The notes under the pieces: model-generated
The model's input: the letters and a program-made list of their open reading frames with translations, nothing else
Told to the model about the DNA's origin: nothing
The model's database searches: none
Program-made: the position numbers and the translations under genes
From: Selaginella moellendorffii
Lineage: Eukaryota; Plantae; Lycopodiophyta
DNA length: 64,000 nucleotides
Assembly (NCBI RefSeq): GCF_000143415.4
Contig: NW_003314313.1
Coordinates: 1,081,430 to 1,145,429, forward strand
Reading direction: 5' to 3'
In this document: positions 1 through 11,100 of the stretch, one piece after another
Numbering within the stretch: the stretch's first letter is position 1
Layout: each line of letters starts with the position of its first letter

Positions 1-775
1 CGATTAGAACGGTCATGCATGGAGAACACTAAAGCATGGCGAATTATCCATTCGGAATAGTTTCGAGGCACCATATGGAGTCAATGGAGTTCTTCTAGAT
101 CGATCAAGACCAAGAGAATTTCTGTTTCTCGAGTGAGATCGGTCGGTTTTGTCACGAAAATTTTGCTCGCGATCCCTCACAAGTATTTTGCGCGGGAGTT
201 TGTTCCAACCAAAGCCACGCATTCTCTTTCTGTGTGGAAGGCCGTCACATTCGTTTCGTAAGGCTTTGGTTGGACGGTCGCGATCTATTGCCCCTACCGT
301 GGCAGGATCCCTGCCGGACGTTACAGATCAATGTCCATCGCTGGCAAAAGTAACATCATGCAAGGGGGGCCAGGTAAAGTAAAAGTAAACTTAGTACACT
401 CGCATCATTCATTTCTCCCGCCGTTCAAAGTAACGGGTGAATGAGAAATTACTAGATTTAGAAAAAGGGGCCGTGGTACTGTATGGGCATTCCACCGCGC
501 GGTGGTATATTTACGAAGCATATGCCTCGCATCGCATGGTCACACAAAGAGAGCTTTATGGAGGGGAATGCGCAGCGATGGCGATGGCGCCACCGGAAGC
601 ACGATCTTCTCGGCGGATTCCAGCTTTAAATCCGGCATTCAATCGGTTCGTGGTTGGAGCTTTCTTGTTCTTGCAGCTGTCGCCACGGTGGGCGGAAATC
701 CCTGGCTGCATTGCCGCAGATGCCTAGGATAGCTCGTAATCTCGGCCGGCGGAGCTAAGATTTCGCCAGATTTGG

Positions 776-3700
776 ATGGCGCAGTCGGTGTCGCTGGAAT
801 CTCTGGGCGCCTGGGCGAACGAGCTCCAGCGCTCGAGGAGTACCCGGAGTGGGAGCGTGAGGAACTGGAGATTGAGCTCGGATAGTGTGTTTGGGCAATC
901 CGTGTACCAGCAGCATGCCGAGGACGACGAGGAGGCGCTCAAATGGGCGGCAATCGAGAGGCTTCCTACCTATGATCGCCTGGGCACTACCATTCTCACC
1001 AATTATGTCGAAGGCAACAGGTTAAATCGCCAAGTGGTGAGCATCGAGAACATCGGTCCAGTGGAGCGCCAGGAATTCATAAACAAGCTCATCCAAGTCA
1101 CCGAGGAGGATAACGAGAAATTCTTGCGCAAGCTTCGAAAGCGCATTGACAGGTATGTGTGTTCTTTGGAGTTTATTTCTTTGACTGATCCTTTTTTTTC
1201 TTTTTTTTTGTTTGCTTCTATAGAGTTTCTATACAATTGCCTACTATCGAGGTGCGTTTTCAAGATGTCACTGTACAAGCGGACTGCTATCTCGGAACGA
1301 GAGCTTTGCCAACTCTGTGGAACGCTACCCGAAATACCATCGAGGTTCTTCTTTTTGTTTCTTTTTCTTTTTCTGTACTTGACATTGTTTTCCTTTCTTT
1401 TTCGGTGATACAGGGGATATTAGACGCATCTAAATTGTTGCCAATGAAGAAGACGTCCATGACTATACTTCACAACGTCAGTGGTATTATCAAACCTGGG
1501 AGGTATGTTTAGAACTGGTGGTCGTTTTGTTTCTTATTGTCTTGTCATACAGGATGACTCTGCTGCTCGGTCCACCTGGTTCTGGAAAGACCAGTTTGCT
1601 ACTTGCTCTTGCGGGAAAGCTCGATCCCGCCCTGAAGGTAAGCTGAAGTCATAAGATCACCCTTTAAATGACATCGCATGTAATCCAGGTCGAGGGCCAG
1701 ATTTCATACAACGGTCATTCTCTTGAAGAGTTTGTGCCTCAGAAGACCTCAGCCTATATCAGCCAGCACGATTTTCATCTAGGAGAACTGACCGTCAGAG
1801 AAACTCTAGAATTCTCATCGCAATGCCAAGGTGTTGGAGCAAGATATGGTGAGTACTGAGCTACCCTGGTCCGTCAGTCTTCTTCAGTCAGGCATGTTAA
1901 CCTTATTCACCTCTAGGGGATTTCTACAGAAATGTTGGCAGAGCTGGCTAGGAGAGAAAAACGAGCCGGCATTTTTCCTGAGGCCGACATCGACTTCTTT
2001 ATGAAAGTAAGTCTTCACAGTTTTTAAGCTGCGTTTAACCAGCTCGTTGTCTTCCAATAGGCAACTGCAGTGGAAGGCCTACATAGCAGCCTTGTGACTG
2101 AGTATTCGATGAAAGTGAGTGATCTATTTGTTTATTTCGTCGTGTTTTCCGTTTAAATATTCCATGCTACAGATTCTTGGATTGGATCTTTGCGCAGACA
2201 CGTTAGTTGGAGATGACATGCTCAGAGGCATATCTGGCGGCCAAAAGAAACGAGTTACAACCGGTAAGAAAACTTGTAAACCGTGGTCTTCACTTCCTGT
2301 TTCAAACTGCTTCAGGGGAGATGATTGTTGGACCCACTCGGACTCTCTTTATGGATGAGATTTCCACTGGGCTGGATAGCTCAACGACATTCCAAATTGT
2401 GAAATGTCTCCAGCAGTTTGTCCATCTTCTGGAGAGCACCGTGCTAATGTCTCTACTTCAGCCTGCACCTGAGACATTTGAGCTTTTCGACGACATTATT
2501 TTGTTGTCAGAGGGTCAAATTGTTTATCAAGGGCCTCGGGAACTTGTTCTCGAGTTTTTTGAGGCCTGTGGATTCAAATGTCCTGAAAGAAAGGGTGTAG
2601 CCGATTTTCTGCAAGAGGTATCTCTGTCCCCTTTTGTTTTGTCAATGATTGTGTCGCTGATGACATCGTTCACTTCCAGCTTACTTCTCAGAAAGATCAA
2701 GCTCAATATTGGTGGGACAAAACTAAACCATACGAATATGTTTCGGTGAATGACTTCGTGCAGCACTTTAAGCAATCTCGTGCTGGTGAACTGCTGGCCG
2801 AAGAATTTTCATGCCCGTTTGACAAAGAACGAAGTCATAAAGCAGCACTAGAGTTTAGCAAGTATGCTATTGGCGGATGGGATCTCTTCAAAGTTTGCTT
2901 CGCGAGGGAATGGTTGCTGGTCAAACGAAATTCTTTCATCTTCATATTCAAGGGAGTTCAGGTATGCTTATATATTACGGAATCGTCATGTGACGTGTTT
3001 TCGCAGATATGTATCGTGGCTTTCATTGGTATGACGGTTTTCCTTCGCACTGAAATGCACCGCGATAACGAGCAAGATGGTTTCTATTTTCTGGGAGCTC
3101 TGTTTTTTACTCTGATCATGATCATGTTCAATGGGTTTGGCGAATTACCGATGACTTTGACGCGGCTGCCTATATTCTACAAGCAACGGGATCTGCTATT
3201 CTATCCCTCTTGGGCTTTTGCTCTACCAATGATCGTGTCCAGGATACCAATGTCTATTGTCGAAGTGACAATTTTTATTGCCATGACGTACTATGTTATC
3301 GGCTTTGCACCTGCTGCTGGAAGGTACGAGAGTATTCCGGCTTAAACCTCTTAGTTATTTGCTCTGTGTAGGTTTTTCCGGCAGTATTTGCTTCTCTTCG
3401 TTTTGCACCAAATGTCTTCCGCTATGTTTCGTTTTATTGCCGGAGTATGTCGAACTATGGTGGTGGCAAATACGGGAGGTTCCGTTGCACTCCTTATCGT
3501 TTTCATGCTGGGAGGCTTTATCATTCCTAGAGGTTTGGCACTAAACCATGATGTTGTTTGTTCGTCAAACCAATCTTTTCTGCAGCTGAAATTCCGAAGT
3601 GGTGGATATGGGGATATTGGATTTCGCCCCTGACTTACGCTGAAAATGCTATAAGCGTCAACGAGATGCTTGCACCTGAATGGGACAAGGTTGATTCTCT

Positions 3701-6497
3701 TGTTTCATTTTTGCATCGTTCTAAGATGTTTATTTTGCAGCAAGTTCCCGGCCGCAATATGACCCTCGGAAAGGCTATTTTGCAAGATCGCGGCCTCTTT
3801 ACAGAGGCGAACTGGTATTGGATCGGGGTTGGTGGCCTTATAGGCTTCGTATTTTTGTTCAATGTTCTTTTTACACTGGCGCTCGCTCATTTAAATCGTA
3901 AGCTTCCATTATCCGTTCCCACGTATAGCAGCTGTACCCTTTGTCTTTGCAGCTTTAAGTGCGAAGAGAGCTCTATCTGAGCAACCTGTTTCTGATCAGA
4001 AGAGAATATTGTCATCTAGACGTGAATCCATGCCATCCGAGCATAAACACAGCAACAGTACTGGTTTGGCGCTTATACCTGACGTGCTTCACGTTAATGT
4101 TTGCATTGCTATTCTCAGGTGAAGTGGAGATGCAGGCTTCAGCATCAACTTCGTCCCGTCAGCTGTCCGATAGACGAGGAATGATACTGCCATTTCAGCC
4201 TCTGGCAATAGCATTCAAGGATATTAAGTACTACGTGGACATGCCCGCCGTAATATCTATGTCGCTAGCTCAACTGTAGAATGTCGCTAACAGCTCTATG
4301 TGCAGGAGATGAAAAGTCAAGGGTTGACAGAGAGCCGGCTGGAGCTTCTGCACGATATTACTGGAGCATTTAGACCCGGAGTTTTAACAGCATTGATGGG
4401 TGTGAGTGGAGCTGGAAAGACTACATTGATGGACGTGCTTGCTGGAAGGAAAACCAGTGGCTACATCGAAGGGGATATTTGGATATCTGGCTTTCCAAAG
4501 AAACAAGAAACGTTTGCAAGAATCTCAGGATACTGCGAGCAGTCGGACATCCATTCCCCTCAAGTTACTATTTACGAATCGCTGTTGTTTTCGGCCAGAC
4601 TTCGGCTCCCAAATGAAGTCGATCGCAACACTCAGGAGGTACGTAGTTTCGAAATGTAACTCAGATCAGACATCTGCGTTTTTTGTGGCAGCTCTTTGTT
4701 CACGAAGTCATGGAACTCGTTGAACTGGACATTGTCAAGGACGCACTTGTTGGTATTCCAGGAGTCAGTGGTCTCTCTACAGAGCAGAGAAAGCGACTGA
4801 CGATCGCTGTCGAGCTTGTTGCCAATCCTTCTATCATCTTTATGGACGAACCGACCTCTGGCCTGGACGCCAGAGCTGCTGCAATCGTCATGCGAACCGT
4901 TCGGAATACTGTTGATACTGGACGGACTGTTGTGTGTACAATACATCAGCCTAGCATCGATATTTTTGAAGCGTTTGATGAGGTACTTGCTGACCTTTAA
5001 GCTGATTGCGAAAGAATGAATTATTTGTCTCTTTTGCAGTTGCTTCTCCTTAAGCGCGGTGGCCAGGTGACATACGCAGGACCTTTAGGAAAACGTTCTC
5101 ACAAGCTTATCGAGTACTTCGAGGTTGTAAGTCTATACAGGGAATTAACTGAACTGACGACGGCGAACCCTTGCACAGGCCGTTCCTGGAGTCACTAGAT
5201 ACCGAGATGGAACTAATCCTGCTGCCTGGATGCTCGAAGTAACGTCACCTTCAACAGAGCATAGCCTCAACACCGACTTTGCTCAGCGCTATCTCAACTC
5301 TCCGCTGTTTCAGTAAGTCGTTATGTTTTTCTCAATGTAGCTTAATATATTTTGATATAAACTTTGCAGGCGTAACATAGCACTGGTGAAGGAGCTCTCC
5401 TCCCCTGCTCCAGGAGCCAGTGATTTATACTTTCCAACAAAATACTCCCAACCATTCCTTACACAATTTTGCTCATGCCTGTGGAAGCAGAACTTGACAT
5501 ACTGGAGAAGCCCCGACTACAACTGCGTCAGGCTATGTTTTACGCTCTTCTCCGCTCTTCTCTTCGGAACCATTTTCTGGAAGTTTGGACTTAAGAGGTA
5601 AAAGTCTGTCAAACCTTCTCTCTGCCGAAACTTTAAGCGTGTGTTTTTTTCTGTGCTCGACAGGGAGAATCAGTCCGACTTGCTTAACGTGATGGGTGCG
5701 ATGTACGGGGCTGTCATATTTCTTGGTGTAAATAACAGTGCCACAGTTCAGCCCGTCGTCGCCACGGAAAGGACCGTCTTTTACAGGGAGCGAGCGGCAG
5801 GAATGTATTCGGCTCTTCCCTACGCTTTAGCACAGGTATTCTCGATCTATATCTACGCAAACAGCTATAGCTAATGCAAGATTGCCGCAAACTTTGCAGG
5901 TCATCGTCGAGATACCATACGTTCTCTTCCAGACGCTCATGTACGGTGGCATCACTTACGCCATGATCCAGTTCGAGTGGAAAGCCTCGAAGTTCTTCTG
6001 GTACCTCTACGTCATGTTCTTCACCTTCCTCTACTTCACATACTACGGGATGATGGCCGTGGCGATCACACCAAACTACCAGATCGCGGGCATCCTCGCG
6101 TCGGCATTCTACTCGCTCTTCAACCTCTTCTCGGGCTTTCTCATACCAAAACCCGTGAGTATAGTCTTTGTCTTTCATAAAAGTGATAGATTACTGGACT
6201 AACACCGGGGAATTCATCCCGTTGCAGAAAATTCCAAAGTGGTGGCAGTGGTATGTGTGGATTTGCCCCGTTGCTTACACCGTCTATGGCCTCATTACGT
6301 CCCAGTATGGGGACGTGAATTCGGAGCTCCAAATCCCCGGCCAGCCCAGCAAGCCCATCAAGCTCTTCCTTAAAGACTACTTCGACTACGATCAACAGTT
6401 CCTTGGCGTGGTGGCGGCCGTGTTGTTTGGATTCGCAGCCTTCTTCGCATTTATGTTCGCGTTTTGCATCCGCGTCCTCAACTTCCAGCGCCGCTAA
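776..6497 (+). CDS. Full-size ABCG (PDR-type) ABC transporter, about 20+ exons, ABCG35/36 (PDR7/8)-like
   Basis: Spliced ORF pieces give the PDR signature [24 protein letters not shown]1: [39 protein letters not shown]2: [57 protein letters not shown]. Two TMDs and the C-terminal LNFQRR*. ATG at 776, TAA at 6495-6497, short GT-AG introns. Confidence 0.96.
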
Positions 6498-6675
6498 AAC
6501 ATTGGAAGAACCAACGAATAGATTAAGAACAGGATATTCCAACGAATGTTCTTATCCATCCAGAAGATTTAGTCCAATCCAATCCGGCCGTCCACGTGCT
6601 GGCCATTCGATCCGGAGCCGTTGCTTTGTTTTTAACCCACATGTTGTTATTCCGTTTGAGCGCCGCCTTTAATTC

Positions 6676-6697
6676 CCACGTCACGCTGCTGACGTGG
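6676..6697. promoter_or_regulatory. Inverted pair of ACGT-core (hex-1/bZIP-type) elements upstream of FLA
   Basis: CCACGTCA-cgctgc-TGACGTGG is a perfect 8-bp inverted repeat. A CACGTG G-box lies near 6593. Confidence 0.4.
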
Positions 6698-6972
6698 CTG
6701 CTACCCGTTATTAACCCAACGAGACGCTCTAGGGTCTTAACAGAGGTTTAAGCGAGCAAAGAAAGAGCCTCGTCGGCCAGGAAGGAGAAACCAAAGCAAG
6801 GTGTGTGTTCTTTCTTTCATAGAGGATTGGTATCAATCCAGCGCTCGCATTTTCTTTCGATTCTTTCCATTCTTTCTTTGTAGTAAATCTTTTCCAGTGA
6901 TCGATCTTGTGTGGATCTTATGGAGCAGGCAAGCTAGGATCAGACAATCTTGAGAAAGAACTTGTGATCGCT

Positions 6973-8397
6973 ATGAGTGTGGAGCAGCAGCACCGGCAGG
7001 CCAGCCTCGCCCTGGTCTGCTCTCTCGCAGCGATGGCGATCATCATCCTTCCATGGGCGAGCCTTTGCGGAGCTCAAAACGTGACGGTGGTGCTGGAGAA
7101 CTCGGCGCCCGTGAACACGAACTTCTCCACATTCAGCCGGCTCCTCTCCATGACCAACGTCACCGCAGAGATCAACAGCCGCTCCTCGCTCACCATCCTC
7201 GTCCCGGACAACTCCATCCTCGACAGCTACGTAGGGGCCAACCTCGAGGGGATGCACGTCTGGGCCGTGGCCGACTTCTGCCGCTACCACGTCCTGCTCC
7301 AGTACCTCGACACCCAAGAGATCATGCAGATGACCAACCAGTCCGGGCTGCTCATCACCACGCTCTACCAGACCACTGGACGCGCCGAAGGGATCGATGG
7401 CTTCGTCAACATGACCTTCGGGAACGACATCCAGTTCGGGCTCCCGCCACCCCACGCCTCAGGTCCCGTCGCCACCGTTCTCAATAACTTCGTGCGCTAT
7501 CCTTACAACATGAGCTTCATGATGATCAGCAAGCCTCTCATGCCCGTCCGCCTGGCGCAGATGAACAGGCCCGACCACTTCCCCAGCATCTCCAACGCGC
7601 TCTTCAAAGGCAACATCTACAAGACGTTCCAGAAGTTGATGCAGGACACCGGGACGCTGGCGGCGGCCGAGGACATCGAGCACCAGCCCTTCACCAGCGG
7701 GGTGACGGTGTTTGCTCCCACCGACAGCGCGTTCCAGAACCTCCCCAGTGGATCTCTGGCAGCGCTCACGCAGTCGCAGCGCCAGTTGCTCGTCCGCTAC
7801 CATCTCCTGCCGTCATTCTTCACGTTTGGATCGCTCCGGACGCTGAAGGCTCCGCTCACGACGCTGGCCACGTCTAACAGGAACTTTGAGGTGAATGCCA
7901 GCGGCGAGGGGCCTTCCGGGGGACTGGCGATTGCGACCGGGGTGTCCACCGCAAACGTGATTGCCACTCTCTTGGAGGACGACCCAGTCGGGGTGTATGC
8001 TCTGGACGCGGTGCTTCTTCCACCCGAGATCTTCCCACTCCACTCCACGCCGCCCGCCAGCATTGCACCGTCGCCTGCTCCTCCGGCCACCGTTCCGCCA
8101 CCAAAGGCTGTTCAAGCGCCAGCTCCGGCTCCAAAGCCGGCTCCGCCACCTTCGCCTTCGTCTTCTCCTTCTCCACCACCCTCGGCTACGTCTCCTCCTC
8201 CCGTGCAGAGCTCATCAAATTCCTCCTCGTCGAGCTCCTCGAGCTCGTCTCCGGCAGCCGAAAATGGGACAAGTGCCGAGGCCCCAGTCGCCGCAGAAGG
8301 TCCGCTGGCGGAAAGGTCCGACGCCCGGAAGTTTGGTGAGAGTTTCTTTGGTGGATTTTTGCCAGCTGCACTTGCTACTACTACGTTGCTCTTTTGA
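6973..8397 (+). CDS. Fasciclin-like arabinogalactan protein with two FAS1 domains, probably GPI-anchored
   Basis: Intronless ORF with a hydrophobic signal region. FAS1 motifs: LTILVPDN, RYHVLLQY, VTVFAPTDSAF, RYHLLP, VYALDAVLLP. AP/SP-rich glycomodule and hydrophobic C-terminus. First ATG at 6973; the track starts at TTG 6907. Confidence 0.92.
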   Translation: MSVEQQHRQASLALVCSLAAMAIIILPWASLCGAQNVTVVLENSAPVNTNFSTFSRLLSMTNVTAEINSRSSLTILVPDNSILDSYVGANLEGMHVWAVADFCRYHVLLQYLDTQEIMQMTNQSGLLITTLYQTTGRAEGIDGFVNMTFGNDIQFGLPPPHASGPVATVLNNFVRYPYNMSFMMISKPLMPVRLAQMNRPDHFPSISNALFKGNIYKTFQKLMQDTGTLAAAEDIEHQPFTSGVTVFAPTDSAFQNLPSGSLAALTQSQRQLLVRYHLLPSFFTFGSLRTLKAPLTTLATSNRNFEVNASGEGPSGGLAIATGVSTANVIATLLEDDPVGVYALDAVLLPPEIFPLHSTPPASIAPSPAPPATVPPPKAVQAPAPAPKPAPPPSPSSSPSPPPSATSPPPVQSSSNSSSSSSSSSSPAAENGTSAEAPVAAEGPLAERSDARKFGESFFGGFLPAALATTTLLF

Positions 8398-9007
8398 TAT
8401 GAAAGGTTTGTACTACGACTAGTTTTCTTGGAAGAGAGACATTGTAACAACTTTAGTGCATTAGCGTTGAGTTTACATCATGTAATTTTTTAATGACAAT
8501 GAAAATGTTTTAAGTCCGTCATGGAGGTTTAGGGTTTACGACGCGATACTGGGACCTGGAACACTCCTTGACGCCAGCGCATCTGTCTACAAATGCAAGG
8601 GTGGTGCTGGATCACTCCAAGACTGTAGAGACTAGTTCAGAGATGCCAGCCGTCCGCGGCCGAGAAGAGGCGGGAGGTGCGAGAAGCGCGGCAACAGGAA
8701 GGATCGCGAGTGGAAGGCTGGAAGGGCAGCTAAAGGTGACAAGAGAAGATGAAGCAGGAAGAGGAGAAGACGAAGCAAATGGAGATCTACGCAGAGCTCG
8801 TCCGTGGTGGGACGAAGCTTCCGCGGCAATGCCATGTTATGACTTTAATCGAATCTAAAACTTATTCGAACACGCAACCTTCTGATCTGGAGTCAGACTT
8901 GCGCCACGGATCCTTTCACGGCGGGTTCATCCACTATGAGCTACTCGGACGATATATTCAATAACTTCATCATTTATAAAATCATAGACATCAAATTATT
9001 TTCGACT

Positions 9008-9359
9008 TTAGAATTGTAGAGCTGCAAAATGCACAGATTAATCTTAGATCAGCCCGAAAAGATGCTTGTTTCATACCTCCACAAGTTCTTGGCAAGGGCC
9101 TATTGCAAGCCGATGCCATGGCCTGGATACGTTGCTTGTTGACCGCAGCGGCGATCTGGGGCGTGACTTTGGGACACAAACACCCGTTCGACACCGCTCT
9201 AGCGGCTCTGCAGCAGCCAGCGCTGGGAGGGCTTCCATTCCCGTAAGAACCCGAGCATTGCGATATCACCGTCGTCACCAAACCATTGCAATCTTGTCCG
9301 CGAACAGCAATCGCCCAAAGCATCACTAGCAAGACGAAGGAGGTGCGTGGAAAAGCCAT
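9008..9359 (-). CDS. Non-specific lipid-transfer protein / 8-Cys prolamin-superfamily protein, copy A
   Basis: Signal peptide plus C-C-CC-CxC-C-C pattern. A phase-1 intron after RTCG (G|GTATGA...TTTGCAG|CT) gives the C-terminus RTCGALQF* (stop 9008-9010). Confidence 0.85.
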
Positions 9360-9643
9360 CTTAATTTCTCACAATTCCAGAATGCCCTCTTTCTAAGTCT
9401 TGCTTCCACTGGATCTCACGAAGAAGAGAGCTCACATTTAAAGCATCCATCACACGGACTCTTGCCGTCTAGATCACGTCTTTGGTCCTGGTCTTGGTCC
9501 TTGGTCTTAAAACTCGGAAAAATCAAACGATCAAATTCATGGAAACATCCCGCGGGAATTTTCAAACCAACGTTTTCAAATTCAAATATTTGAGCGGGAA
9601 GGAATATTACAAAGCACACAAAGTAGTATAATCCTTTGATCAT

Positions 9644-10078
9644 TCATGGCTGATCCACCTCGTGTCCATGGTGCCACCCTCCACCGCGTCCGTATCCTCC
9701 ACGCCCATATCCGTACCCAGGTCCGTAGCCACCATAGCCGGGTCCATAGTATCCGCCATGGCCCGGTCCGTACCCACCACCGTATCCCGGCCCATAGCCA
9801 CCATATCCCGGTCCATAGCCACCACCACCATACCCCGGCCCATAGCCACCACCACGCCCGTACCCGCCGTATCCCGGCCCATACCCGCCATAGCCTCCTC
9901 GTCCATAACCATCGTCGTCATCGTGGTGGAGTGACTTTGTAGCGGCGTCGTTGTTCTTGAGCTCCTCGTCCTTCTCGGGGTTCTCGGCGAGATCTCTGGC
10001 GCTGGACACGAGCAAGAAGGCGAGATTGAGAAGTAGCAGCACGGCCAGGAGCTGCTGCAAGGCCTTGGAAAGAGCCAT
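9644..10078 (-). CDS. Secreted Gly/Tyr-rich cell-wall protein (GRP), copy A
   Basis: MALSKAL signal peptide, SSARDLAE motif typical of the plant GRP family, acidic spacer and tandem GGYGPGY repeats. ATG at 10078; the longer track ORF is an upstream non-coding extension. Confidence 0.88.
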   Translation of the reverse strand: MALSKALQQLLAVLLLLNLAFLLVSSARDLAENPEKDEELKNNDAATKSLHHDDDDGYGRGGYGGYGPGYGGYGRGGGYGPGYGGGGYGPGYGGYGPGYGGGYGPGHGGYYGPGYGGYGPGYGYGRGGYGRGGGWHHGHEVDQP

Positions 10079-10445
10079 TTTGTAGTTTCCTCCTTGGAGA
10101 CGGAGACTTCCTCTCCTGACAAACAAACGCTGTGATGCAATACGCGAGAAAGATCTAGGGAAAAGGGGGCCTGGAAGGAATGCTTGGATTTGGAGGATCG
10201 AGCAATGTTTTATAGAGCCCAGGGAAATGATCGTCGCGTTGACGCGCGTTGACATGGGGGTCAACCGCGTTTTATCTGGTTTGGTTGGGTGTCGGTGAGT
10301 GAATGCCAGTGAATCGCGACCACGAGACCCTTGCGGCCTGTGTAGAGACAGAGATTTCTCTCTTCGTGGAAGCAAGTCAGCCGCAATTCTACCATGGCAG
10401 CTTTTAAATCTATCCAATTTATAGAGGGTTGACTTTCTCGCGCTC

Positions 10446-10895
10446 TCATTGACTCTTTGACTGGGTCAAAGGCTTTTGTTTGTGCTTGTCAGACTTATCT
10501 TGTGGATATGTGGTGGCTGGATCGAACTCGTTCTTGGCGTTAAAGTATTGGGATCCAAGTGCCGCTGCTCCAAATCCCCAGCCAAGCCCAATCCCCACCC
10601 CACATCCACCACCTTCAAAGCAAAGTATTAGAAAACGTGAGAGATCTCACTCACCTATGCCGAGTCCCATTGTTGGTATCGACACTCCTGCAATTGAGCT
10701 TGAAAATCTAAGAAAACAGAGAAGATGTAGAGGAATACGTATACCTCCGAATCCCCATCCAATCCCAAAACCACACCCAATTCCAATACCTGCTTGAAGT
10801 TCCATTGCGGAGTTATCCATTGCGGAATGATGGAAATTGAGATTCATGGACTTACCAAAACCGACACCCTGTCCTGCAAATGCGCTCATCACCAT
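10446..10895 (-). CDS. TGD5: TRIGALACTOSYLDIACYLGLYCEROL5-like small Gly-rich plastid envelope protein, copy A, 4 exons
   Basis: Manual splicing at GT-AG sites gives [62 protein letters not shown]...QSKSQ*, matching the recalled TGD5 pattern (GVGFGxGxGCGFGxGWGFGG...GGGCGVGxGLGWGFG). Confidence 0.8.
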
Positions 10896-11100
10896 CTCTG
10901 CCAGATCAAAGAAATCCTTCGGATACGTCTCTAAGTTCGTACACAAAAGTTGGGTGTATAGTTCTTTATCTCTAGTCTTGAAGTAGTGACAGGAGCAAAC
11001 GATAAATTTGAGTGTCAGTTACAAGAAAGGAAGCACAAACCGTTAAGAATCGCTTCGTAAAGTCTAGCTTAGTGTCCTTGTTTTCTGCAAAAGAATCATC

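Noticed and set aside
437-727. ORFs upstream of the ABCG gene (possible uORF)
   Set aside because: No recognisable motif and the TSS is unknown; probably promoter or 5' UTR.
9646-9942. His-rich and Thr/Ile-rich + strand ORFs
   Set aside because: Antisense shadows of the GGYGPGY repeats.
10079-10417. 113-aa N-terminal extension of the GRP ORF (also 28160-28498)
   Set aside because: The signal peptide begins at ATG 10078 and a TATA-like CTATAAAA lies inside the extension.
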